Shown here in pieces: positions 1 to 21,657 of a stretch of DNA of 64,000 nucleotides. Source of the DNA: Bugula neritina (taxonomy: Eukaryota; Animalia; Bryozoa); assembly GCA_964035545.1 (NCBI GenBank), contig OZ037771.1, positions 7,991,408 to 8,055,407 of the forward strand, written 5' to 3'. The notes under the pieces were generated by a model. It worked only from the letters and a program-made list of their open reading frames with translations. It was not told the DNA's origin and did not search any database. A program made the position numbers and the translations under genes. Numbering within the stretch: the stretch's first letter is position 1; every line of letters starts with the position of its first letter.

Positions 1-1071
1 ATTATGCTGGGCCGACTATAAGTATATGCAGCATATCATAGCACCAAAATAACGAAGCGAAACGTAAGACAAAATGCCCACCACTTTTAAAAACATCCGG
101 GCTGAAATGTCCAAGGTTAGGCATTTCTCCCATGATCAAGCACTGCTTGATTCCAAAAATTTTGTTGTTGTGATAATAGCAACGTTTAATACCAACATTT
201 CACATTAAACTTAATGCATGCGTGCCGATCCTTTTTTGTTGGCACTCTGTTCCTTTCAAGTTTGCAGGATTTATCTAACCCTGTATATTTACTATATTCC
301 TATTTGTGAAAAAGTAATTGAATTTGAATTGAAAACAGTTTACAAGTTTTCTACAAGACAACATGCATGCATAAAAAGAATACTCAAGATAGCTTAAAGC
401 TACACAGTTATTAGGTGGTGCGATTCAGTACCCTAAACATGTGTGAAGACGCTACACCTAACTTCACCGATCTAAGCTAATGATATCAGAGCTGCTCTAC
501 TCACCTCTATTGTCTTGCAGTCAGCACAGAGCACTTGCCACTGTAGATGATTAGGCTGAATGATCTCTGTGAAATCTTTCAATAGTTTATAATATTGAAA
601 GCAGATTTATTGGAATAATGTTTAAAATTATCTGCTGCTCGATGCATTCATTATACCACTTTTTCTGTGCAATCAACCGTGAAGGCACATGACTGCTGGA
701 AACTTCCATTGACCTTAGTTGAAAGGTCATTTTTCAGAAAATGTGGTGTATTTTTTCAATAGATAAATTGTTATAAATTCAGCTAAGAAAAATGAGGTCA
801 ACCAGGGTAAGCTTGGGGCTCAGCAGCTAAGCTGAGTAGTAAAGACTTGCTTGGTGAGGAATGAATAAAAAGCAGGAAGTTTTAATGAGATAAATTAAAA
901 AGAGTGAGCAACTCCCCGCAGATATTAGAATAAATTAATCAACTCAAATGCTTGCTGATAACACATCTATAACTGAGATAGAAACTGATTACAAAATTAA
1001 ACATGTTAATACATATAGTTGTACTTATTCAACATGCTATGAAGATACCACACACATACACACGGGCGCGT

Positions 1072-1178
<107 letters not shown>

Positions 1179-3432
1179 TGCACGCGTGCACTCACACACA
1201 ACACACAAATACTGTGTTTCTATAATTTCCAGTATGCAAATGAATCTGTCATTCGCGAATGGAAAAAGTTACATCGAAGGAAACCACAGCCATAAATTAA
1301 TGCAAACAGCAATCACAAGTATGGACATCCATTCGCATATGCGCAGTCATAGAAACGCAGTGCCACACACATGCACACGCATTCACACCTACTCACATCT
1401 ACTCACATTTACTCACACCTACTCACATGCACATGCATACATACACATACACATACGCACACACACCCAGATGTACGAACACATATATCCTACACACACA
1501 CACACATATATCCTACACACACATGTAAAATAGAGTCTGGAGACAGAATGATGAATCAACTAGTCAAAATTTCACTATTAAGATTCATACACGAAAGTGA
1601 AAGAAAAACATTTTAGGTACATTAGGTATTTGCTGAACTTTGTGGGACACATTTTAGACAGCCTCCAAAGTTCTTAAAAGCTTTTCAGATAAAATAAACT
1701 ATGTTATGTTTCTAAATGAAGTTGTTCAAGTAAATACAACTTTTCTAATATAAAAATAAAGTGAATAATAATAATCAAACACACTGTAGCGGAATGCATG
1801 ATTTAAATCCATCTATATACTTTGTATGTAGATGTTCCCATTTGACAATCAACTAGTAAACCAGTAAGCACAGCTAGCTGCTAATGTTAGACTTGATTGA
1901 CAAAACCAGTACAATTATCAGTTAAGTGCTAGTAACCTGAAAGAGTGCTAAAATAGAACTTGAACTTGGTGATGATGGTGGTATTACTAGGCAAGGGGTG
2001 GAAAGGACGATAATTGAAGCAATGCCACTAGTTGTTCTAGTAGTATTAGAAATGGCAGCAATAGTGACAGGTTCTGTCAAAATGAAGTATGATTTTTAGT
2101 TTGACAGCAGCTCCTATGATTAATGATAAATGTTCAGCTGCAGTGCGAATGGACCAAGTTTGAGAGCTTTGTTGCTCTCGTGTTTGTGAGATTAGAAAAA
2201 TGTTAAACTGTGGCTTCAATTTTGCGAGTCCAACTCATTGTGATATGATCTTGTTGGGCTGTTGCCTCTCTTGGACATTGTAGATTGTATAGCTGAGCTG
2301 TTAAAACAATTGTTCTATGGTTTGCAACTGTGATACTATTACCCATATTCTTGTGCTTTAATGTTTAATCAAATTAGTTTAGCTGTTGTGTACACTTTTG
2401 CAATAAAACTGTTTTATAAAGAATAATGAGTTATATGTGCAGTAACAGAGAAATGGAGAAGTCTATGTTTTAGTTGTGAGACGTAGCAGCAGAAGCTATT
2501 TTCTTGTGAGAATACCTGAGCCATAAACCAAAATTTATTAGAAAAAATTAATAACGCATAAGCTATTAAAACTTCTCTACTACTGCACATAGTTATTTAT
2601 AGATATAAAGATTAAAAAAATTCATTATGATTTTTCAGGCACACCCAATTGATATTATTTATGTGTTTGGATAGATTTATAAAATTTTACTTGTACTCTT
2701 TATAGTGATCTAGTTTCAATCTAACAATGGTATAAAATGACTAATTTTTCAATACTGATGAGGGAAAGGATAAATGAGACCAGGTAAACCAACCCTCCCA
2801 CAGCCTTTCTGGTAATTGGCAGTATCCAGTATATCAAGTTAACCAAAAAACTACTGAAAGATAATCTAATAATGTGCTTCATTAAAATAGTCCATTTAAT
2901 GACTAGCGCCAATAATAAAACTTTTACATTGGTTTATTTAATAATCAGATTTATTTATAATTGCAAACAAATATAATAGGTAAAATGATGAATTACAAAA
3001 TTGTACAAACTAGTTGTTGTTTTATTTCTACAGTTAGAAAAAGTCAATTAATATAGTATTTATTTGCCAGAATGAGTGTCTCCAGTTATTTTATATTCAT
3101 GTTCACAAGAGATAATGAAACAATAATAATTAACTACTATAAATATCCTTTTATAAATTTTTAAAATATCAAGTCTTGATAAATAAATTAAGGTCAGCAT
3201 ATGAGTTATAATTGGCAGCTATAAATATTTTCTTTAAAACCCGATTTCTCTGGCAACTTTCACATAGTGTTGATGCAGTCGTCTCCATTCTTATATGATG
3301 CGTACGAAAATAACTTCTTAGCTCTAAAACAAGCAATTACAAATCGTGTCAAATTAGAGCAAATAAAAATGAAAAATATTTTGTGTTAGTAGTACCATGT
3401 AGTAAATTTTCTAGATAAAAATATCAACTCAC

Positions 3433-12365
<8,933 letters not shown>

Positions 12366-14011
12366 TCCAGCTTCTATTAATCAGTTTATAAATACTTACT
12401 CTGAGTTATCTACAATATATAGATGAGTTTTCATAACAAAACTTATCAATTTCAACCATTTGATCTGCCAATGAATTTTATGAGCACTTTTTGAGTGCGA
12501 CATCACAAGAAGACTAGAGCATCAAAGTATATATAGAAATGAGTTTCAAACCATGTGGTTAGCCAAGTTAGATAAGAGTTACAATAGACATAAAATTTTT
12601 ATGCAATCAACTCACTAAGTATTTGCTGACTTCATTACGAAAATTTCTAGTTGAATTTTTAGCAATACAATCAAGAATCAATTGAGCATGTTAGCATTAT
12701 AATAATACAAAGTTTGAGCTACTGCGCTAATAACATTTCTCAGTCTAGAGCCACATGGAGGGAGTGCTATAATTTCCCGTGAGAAACTGTATAATATGAA
12801 AATCTACTGTGGGAGTTACCTGCTCCACATCTGTTGCCCTTTCATTAATTATTTCATTTTGAAATTCTTTTCACTGTTTTTCATAATGCAGTGAAATTGA
12901 TTGGGTTATAAACAGATAAACTGAAACGTATGTAAAAAGTGGAGTTGTTGAATAGTACCAACTAAATAGATCAATTACCACAAAAAATGTTTGCAGCATT
13001 TGTTTAGCATTTGTACGACATGGAATCTGCACATACCAGGCTTATTTCGTTAGCAGCGCATGTGGAAAGCTGCTTCATGGGGCCATAGGGTTGAGGGGCT
13101 CACAGCTTTTGCAACATTTTGCATTTTTAAAGTACAAAGCTTCTACTAGAAATATGTTTTTAGTTTACTAGAAAAATGATAGTTTTTTGTGATACTCAAA
13201 CAAAGCCACAAGTGAGAAACCGATTTATGCTTCTTGTATGTAACAGTAGAACATAATACATGTAGCAACAAAAAAGTTGAGCCTAATATAATTTTAGCAA
13301 GTAATTAATTTACGAAAAAATATTAATTCTACTTACTGTTCGGTTAGAAATGGCTCCAATTTGCAGCTGGTGTGTAAGAGTAAAGTCTAGTAGATCAGCA
13401 ATAAATGAAAATATTATCTAAGAATACTGACTTAAATGGCAAATCTGCTGTATTTTGCAATTTCATTTACCAAATAACATGAAACTGTTGCAATAGATGA
13501 ATAATGCTGGTGTGTTTTGCTGTTATAATTAGGAAGACAAAACTAAAGCTGTCAACCATGAAGGCACACATGGATGTTGAATATTTTGGTGACCTCCTAA
13601 TCAAAAGGTCACGTTGACGACCCAAAACACATGAGCATGCATGAGCATTAGGGTCACAAAAATGGATGTTGTTGAAAACAGACGGTGTGTAGTCAACAGT
13701 TATAATAGCTAAATGCTGAGTAATATACACAAATTATCTTATAGCTATAAGTTGAATAGAACAACATGTTTACAACAAGTTTGCTCTACATGCATGCACA
13801 CAATATTAAAACGCTACCGTTTTATTTATTGTTTGTTTTTTAATCATGTATAACTAAAGAATTATTCATTGAATGAAAAGAATAACAAAAAGTAATGTAA
13901 GCTATTCCTGTGAGAGCCTACGATTGGAAATATTTTTAAAGCAGGTTAAGGGTTTGTTTTTTTATTGTTGCAAACAGCAATTATGACTGAATGCCTCCAT
14001 AATGGCCTTTA

Positions 14012-14283
14012 GCCTAGGGCCACACTGTGCGTATTTTCGCATGCAAAAATTGAAACCACAGGTAGCAAAGGTGTCCACTGTAGCGTCAGTGATGCGTGAT
14101 AAATAAGGCTTCCATTTTTAAATCACACTCGCTTTTAATAAAACGCATATTACTGGAATATAGCGCTAAAATAAAAGAATTGGGCTCACTAAATAACTAC
14201 CAGCCAATTAGGTGACGACGACAGAGACGATTTGCACTTGCGTTGAGAATGCTGAGCGACAAGTGCGAATGTTTTCTCAACGC
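14012..14283. mobile_element. Truncated, inverted copy of the 4026-4369 MITE
   Basis: TTA|GCCTAGGGCCACAC start and internal sequence matching the reverse complement of the first copy; second TIR missing. Confidence 0.85.
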
Positions 14284-15039
14284 TTACTAGAATTCAACCA
14301 CTGACACCATGTTTACTAAGCCAGTGCTCTATAACCACTAGACCACAGCTGCTCTCTGAGTGTAAGCTTACACACTTTTTTTGATTAGAAGGACCAAATA
14401 ATGATTTAAAACTTATGAATCAGTTAGAAAGACATACATTTTTTGCAAGTAAATAAAATTCCTTATATAGAAAGCCATTTGCATGTTTTGTCACTGAAAA
14501 GTTTCGGCTCTTGTTTAAAATTGAGTTGTCTTTACTAAATGATGAAAATAGTTCTGCCAAAAGTTACACAATTTATGCACTTTATTAGCTAATTATGTAC
14601 TGAGTTTTGTATGTTTCTATCATTATGGTAAACAAATTATTAGTAATAAAGGAAACTTGTAATATTCCATGTGTTATGTTATCAGCATCTGACACTAGGA
14701 TTATGTGATTTCTTTTACCCCCTTATCATAAATTGACCATATAAGTGAAATTTCATGTATTCACTTTTACTTCCTTCAAAGTATATTAAAAGTTGATTCG
14801 ATCTATTTGGACAGATAATTTTTCACATTGTTGCAATCACACACACGCATGGGCACATGCACACACGCATAGGCACACGCCCACATACACGCACGCACAC
14901 TCAAACCCATGTTTTCGTGCATACTAGGCAAACGCTCTAGCCCCTAGACCACAGGATTTGGGGTATTGTATATATTGCGTCTAGCTTAGTTCAAGGACAG
15001 CTACATATAGGTCAGACAACTCCATAATACAATACATAC

Positions 15040-15183
15040 CTGTCTGGTAGAGTAACCAGTTCACAACACTCCATCTCTAACTCTTTCAGTGATACTAAGG
15101 ATGTGAATATATCATCAGGTAGACCTTCAGATAGGTTATTCCACGCTATCCTCAGCATCTCAAGACTTTTCAGTGAAGATATG
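15040..15183 (-). pseudogene. Orphan 144-nt LRR cassette exon (copy of 44037-44180) with intact splice sites
   Basis: 2 mismatches in 144 nt versus 44037-44180; ttacag acceptor, AG|gtatgt donor; flanking intron homology about 14965-15376 versus 43962-44370. No other LRR-gene exon seen nearby. Confidence 0.8.
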
Positions 15184-15370
15184 CTGTAACATAGCACACA
15201 GGTATGAGATACGGTGACACTGATGACTGTATTGTCATAAGTTCACTAACATGGCAGCAGGAAAGTGAGGATATTAAAGGATTGTAAGTTTCTAAAAATT
15301 ATTGTAAATTTACATGAAGAAATGTTTGTAAACATAGTATGAAAATGACTGGGTATGTATGTTATATGAT

Positions 15371-15560
15371 GATCGGTATGCCATTAGTTTATGAGTATTA
15401 CTATTAGTATTAGTGTGCTTGTAGCCCACAGTCTTCGTTTCAGTCTCTAAGTATAAAGTAAGTTAGTATTTGGCTAGTAGTTAGTAGGCGTATGCTCAAG
15501 TACTAGTAAAGGGTTTGTTTTAATTAGTATAAGTATCTCTTATGAATTTATTCACTCTGT
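15371..15560 (+). repeat. ~190-bp dispersed repeat shared with 20151-20357
   Basis: Alignable throughout, e.g. GTATGCTCAAGTACTAGTAAAGGGTTTGTTT identical in both. Confidence 0.85.
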
Positions 15561-18234
15561 CGAACGAATATATTTTTAATAATAATAATAACTTTAATAG
15601 TTTATAAACTTATTAAAATATGTATATATATATTTATATATTATTTGAATGAAAATAAATTTTCACTTAATAATTGATTCGAAGGGAGACAATTAACAAG
15701 TTAGATATTATTTGATAATTTTGCTTTGAAATTAGTGTCTGCAATCCAATAACTGTAGAATAAGAAAATAGGAGTTATCTCCGCTTGACAAATGTTTATT
15801 AATGGTTTGGTTTGGCAATATTATTTATGTATAAACAATATGTGTGGTTCTATGTGTATTGTGTAATAGTAGCACTCAGGTTATAAATTTCGTGAGACAA
15901 ATTTAGGACCTGTCTCTCAGGAAATGAACAAAACTCTGGATTTTGCTTGCGTTTTAAAATATCTATTTGATAGTAATATGGAAACAAAATTATAAGACAA
16001 GAAAGATTATTATAATAACCAAACCCAAAAGAAGTAAGATAAATATATATATATATATATCCTAGCGACCCTTTGAAATCCCGCTGCGTATAATATACTG
16101 GCAACAAAATTGATAAGCCTGTTAAACATAAATTTGGTGTAACTTAAAAGATCAAACAATTCCAAGACAGTTTCCTCAAACAACCTATGTAACTCAAAGA
16201 AAATTCCCAATTTCAACAATATTCCTTCAAATGTAATTTATGTGACTTCAAAGTAAATTTTTCAATTCAATGATAGCTTTTCCAAGTACAAATTATACAA
16301 TAATAAAACAAACAATAATAAAAATTAGTACATCACGAGAAAAATAAATCAAGTTACTTACAATGGAACTTCTCAGTCCAAAATTGATTAGATTTAATTC
16401 AGTTAAATATGTTCTAAATTATTTCACACAAAACTAAATACACTAACTACCTTTGATCATTAACGGCTCTTCTGATTGTTAATTGCTCCTCTTATCGTTG
16501 AATACTGTTGCTGCCTCTGTGCTGCCTTTTATAGTTGGGTTGTTTTGGATTTCTGAGGTATGGGCGATGAGTCTAACTAAGTAAGTTGCCGGTTGGTCCG
16601 CAGGTTCAAGTCAAACAGTGTGCTACGTGAGGAATTGTTGGTGACACCATCCCGGTATTGACCATATCAGGATCTCTCAGACTCATAAGTTATACCAGCA
16701 TTAATTCTACCATAACTCATAGCCTGGAATATATGTTTCATAACAAGAAAATATAATAATATGTATTAGTTGTTCACGTGTTGATTTTGTAGATATTAGA
16801 TTTTATAAGTGAAGGAAAACTCCAGGTTATATCAAATCCGTATAATTCATCAAGTATATATTATAATTAACGTTAAATGTCATCTATATGTTAGTATGAC
16901 TGAATAATCACATACGGCCCAGTTTTATTAATGTTTGTTTACCAATTAATGTTCATGTAAGACAAGGTTAAAATTACAAATCCCAACACGTGAACAAAAC
17001 ACGTATGTAAAACTATCCCTATACCACAATTACTTGTATAATACCATAATACTAAGCATATTATATTTGCATTATTCAAAGCGCTGTAAATCATACGTTT
17101 AGTATATTAATGTTTAAAGCAATTTCCATGTAGTATCATGACGCTTAGCTCATTTGCATATTTCAATTTCAGCTGTGCTCAAGTAACAAGTCCATTGCTT
17201 TTAGAATATGTATTCCACATTCTTTCTTGAATTTTGTAGATATACAGTGTAGTCTACATACCGTGACGGAGTAGATATAATAATTTATAGTTACGTCAAC
17301 CTGTCACAGCAGTCATCTCACTGAAAGTCTCAAGGAAGCAGGCAAGCCTCAGCACCAACGGAAACCATAATTCAGCAAGTTGAAATATCTTAAAGGTATA
17401 ACTTGTGAAATACAGAAGTAAGAGTTAAGCATATAAAAAAGAAAGAAAGCCCCATACATCTATAATTATGTACCGGTTCGAGAATAGCATATTTTCCAAG
17501 AACTGACTTTCTGGGAACTAAATTATAGTTTACCACCACTATATCAGATTACATTTACTTGGTAAACTATTTACCACTCATAGTCTACTCAAATTGTTGA
17601 CTCTAATATAGTCATTACCAGCATATTATTCTCTGTAAATGTATTACATTATTGTGCAGTATCTACTCTGCAAAAACACAAAACACTATGCATTTTTTGA
17701 TCTGACAAATATTTCTCACTCTCAATCTCCTTTCTCCCTGCGCTCGTTTCCCATTTCTTTATTATCATTTTAAAATTCAGGAACAGATAACTCTTTGGTA
17801 TACACTTCAGAAAGGGTATTTAATGTACAGAAATGTGACTTTTTAAAATAAAATTTTAGGCATTTATGAATGATGGCAGTAGCCCTCAACTAGTATTACA
17901 TGATGATGTATTAAATTATCACAAGTAGACCTATGGATAACTGTACTGAATCCAATATATTATCTTTATCTACCTTTCTAGCTGTGATTATTTCAACTGT
18001 TAGAACCAGATGTACTGCAGACAAGGAATAATGAGGACAAACTTGAGCTGAGGCTTGAAATTTGTATTAGTTGGCAAAGATTTACCAGTAAAATACACAA
18101 AAAACAGAATTTCAGAATAGCTATATGGAGATAACCCAAACAGTGATGCAACGAAATGTAGATAGGTCTAGGAGAGCTTGTTGAATCTTGTCACACTTTC
18201 TTGCAAAGGTTATGGAGTTGATAAGGTATGTGGG

Positions 18235-19016
18235 AAGAGGTATGGGGTAGAGGTATGGGGTAGAGGTATGGGGTAGAGGTATAGGGTAGAGGTATGGGAT
18301 AGAGGTATGGGGTAGAGGTATAGGGTAGAGGTATGGGGTAGAGGTATGGGGTAGAGGTATGGGATAGAGGTATGGGGTAAAGGTATAGGGTAGAGGTATG
18401 GGGTAGAGGTATGGGGTAGAGGTATGGGGTAGAGGTATGGGGTAGAGGTATGGGGTAGAGGTATGGGGTAGAGGTATGGGGTAGAGGTATGGGGTAGAGG
18501 TATAGGGTAGAGGTATGGGGTAGAGGTATAGGGTAGAGGTATAGGGTAGAGGTATGGGGTAGAGGTATGGGGTAAAGGTATGGGGTAGAGGTATAGGGTA
18601 GAGGCATAGGGTACAGGTATGGGGTAGAGGTATAGGGTAGAGGTATAGGGTAGAGGTATGGGGTAGAGGTATGGGGTAGAGGTATAGGGTAGAGGTATGG
18701 GGTAGAGGTATGGGGTAGAGGTATGGGGTAGAGGTATGGGGTAGAGGTATGGGGTAGAGGTATGGGGTAGAGGCATAGGGTACAGGTATGGGGTAGAGGT
18801 ATAGGGTAGAGGCATAGGGTACAGGTATGGGGTAGAGGTATAGGGTAGAGGTATAGGGTAGAGGTATGGGGTAGAGGTATGGGGTAAAGGTATGGGGTAG
18901 AGGTATGGGGTAGAGGTATGGGGTAGAGGTATGGGGTAGAGGTATGGGGTAGAGGTATGGGGTAGAGGTATGGGGTAGAGGTATGGGGTAGAGGTATGGG
19001 GTGGAGGTATGGGGTA
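18235..19016. repeat. 13-bp G-rich minisatellite (GGTATGGGGTAGA)n
   Basis: About 60 near-perfect copies; source of the PYLYPIPLPHTST ORFs. Confidence 0.96.
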
Positions 19017-21657
19017 GATGCTGTGTTAGAGATCTGCAATATAAGTATGAGTGAATTGATCAGGGAATGTGCTCCAATATTCCCAGTTAGAGTTACCCTT
19101 TCATATAGAAGGTTTTAGAGAAAAAGAATCACACATTGAGTTATAGCTGACAGTAAGTAGAAACCTACATGCGTCATTTTACTTTATTTAGTACACACCA
19201 GCAATTAGGACCAATAACTAGAATTGGTTGAAAGTCATAAAAAATTTAACATGTGGTATTTTTTATGATTATTACAAACATGCACAGAAAAAAGGCTGAG
19301 AGAGAAATCTGCAACAATAATTGCCCTATTGGTAATTCAAATCGCGTTGCTAATGCTATGAAATAACAATAATGGTCCACATATCCCAATTTACTAAAAA
19401 AATAGTGAAAGATATAAAAGTCAAGCCAAATTAGATAACACCTTAAATTTTTCCTTGTAATTGTCAATATTCAATTGATCTATGGGGAAAACATATATAT
19501 TAACAGCTAAATTGTGAAAAAATAGCCAAAAGCTAAAGATATTGGGTGGGTATTAAATTAAGTAAATTAACTCACTAATCCTGGCTGTTTGCCAAGATTT
19601 TACTGAAATTATGCTGATAGCTTTCAAAGCTGGGTGGGCTATTGTTGGCTTTTTTATTTGAATTTTGGCTGTAAATGAAACTCCTCAGTTTGTATTATGA
19701 TTCTTATTGGTTTCAATTGCTAGGAAAAGGTTTAGAGGAGCCAATATTTGTAAGTTTTGTTATAATTTAGGAGTTTTTGTGTTTTTGTTGATATTGTATG
19801 TTTGAAAGTTACTTCTGCATATGTTTTTGTACAGCATGTAACTTTTTTTCTTATACAGAGTACAAGTCAAAGACAGAGCAATAAATCTAGAAATGAAGGA
19901 CATTGTTTTATGCTTGTTGCTAATCAATCCACCAGACCATTTCTGGCACAGTACAAATATCAGCAGTGCTAGGTATCAGGAGCCATCATACCAACAATAA
20001 CTAGCAATTGGAGGAGTGCTAATTATCCCAGGGCAGTAGTAACCATCCATATTGATGTTGCTAAGGAAGTGGTGCTCCATATTGGCTGAAGAGTAGCAAG
20101 GTTACAAGAAGGCAAGTTTAGATGCTGTATAGCTACCTAGAAAGCTTGAAGATCAGTATGCCGCTTGTTTATGAGTATTACTATTAGAGTATTAGTATTA
20201 GTATTACTGTGTTCATAGCCTATAGTCTTCAGTCTTTCAGTCTCTTAGTATAAAGTCAGTTAGTATTTGGCTAGTAGTTGGTAGGTGTATGCTCAAGTAC
20301 TAGTAAAGGGTTTGTTTCAATTAGTATAAGTATTCCTTACGAATTTATTCACTCTTTCTCAGAATCAAGTGCCAGTATCCAGTGTCAGCAAACACCAACT
20401 GTATCCAGTGTCACTACAAGTATCAGTGTCCAGGGAGGCTGAAAGAATTGTAACAGACATGAAAGAAAAGCAGTACTGTAGTACTCAGCAGTGCCAGCCA
20501 GACCCATCTAGAACAGCGTCGGAGGGAGCTGGAAGACATTTACCAAGAGTTACTAACTGTTCATTTCCAGTATAGTGAGATGGTGGAAAATGGTGACACA
20601 TATAGTAGCTATCGTACGGTTAGTGGTTTTAATCTAAACGAAGATCTCGAAAACATTGAAGATATATATAAAGGTGCCATTAAATCTTGTTTTCATCACT
20701 TAGTTAAGCATGCTGAAACTTATATTAAAAGAGCTGATGCTATTTTATCAAAATTTGAGGAAGGTGAATGTAACAAGCAACTTTCTATTGATAAAGCTGA
20801 ATTGTATTTACTTAACTTTTCTGCTTACTATGAAGATTTTGATAATACTAATTTGCGTTGTTGTATTTCCAAATTGAGACAAGCTATAAAAGTATGCAAA
20901 GATAACCTAGCAAGTAATCAATTTGATACTCAAGAGTATGAGTAGGGGAAGGGCATTGCTCAGTCAACATCATTCAGCCCTTCACTTGAAAGTACAAGTA
21001 ACAACTTAGCAGGGTATAGAAGTGCTACTCAGGGCCAGTTAAGTAATTGTGATACATACGGTGTGTTGGCCTACAATAGTAGTATTAGAGCATGAGGTTA
21101 CCCTTTACCAAACTTATATAGTGATGAAAACTTTCAACTTTCAAGTGGTAGTACATTTAGAAAATAAAAAATTTATCAAAACTCCCTTACCAACATTTAA
21201 TGGGGATAGAAGGGTGTGGGAAAATTTTCGATCAATACGATGGCATTGAATGTGCTTGGGCCCTTAAGTTTTGTTTAAAAGATAAAGCATTGGATGTGGT
21301 CAAACAATTTTTGTTATTCAGGGGTGTGCTTATACTGGAATATAGAATAAGTTAGATGAGATCTAACGTGACGTAAATTTAAATATATACAATGTGTGCA
21401 TAGTGACCGAAAAAATTTGAAGCCAGTTCCAGAGGGAGACATGATTGAGCTAATCAAATTTGTAGACCAAGTGAAGCTAAGTTATAGTCAATTAGGTGAG
21501 GTTGCACAGATAAACGGTGTCACTATGCCTATGGTTAATGAATTGTGTGATTTGCTACCCACGTTCATTCGAAAGAAGTGGATGAGAAGGCACATCCTTT
21601 TCTTTAGATGGTCTGGCACCTCTGATTGTTTTATATTTGACAGTCTTTGACGCTTGC

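Noticed and set aside
505-540. Possible 36-nt minus-strand exon (WQVLCADCKTIE) with good splice sites
   Set aside because: Too short to assign; cannot be linked confidently to the Sushi gene within this window.
18191-19039. 282-aa extensin-like PYLYPIPLPHTST ORF
   Set aside because: 13-bp minisatellite lacking stops by chance; no splice or signal support.
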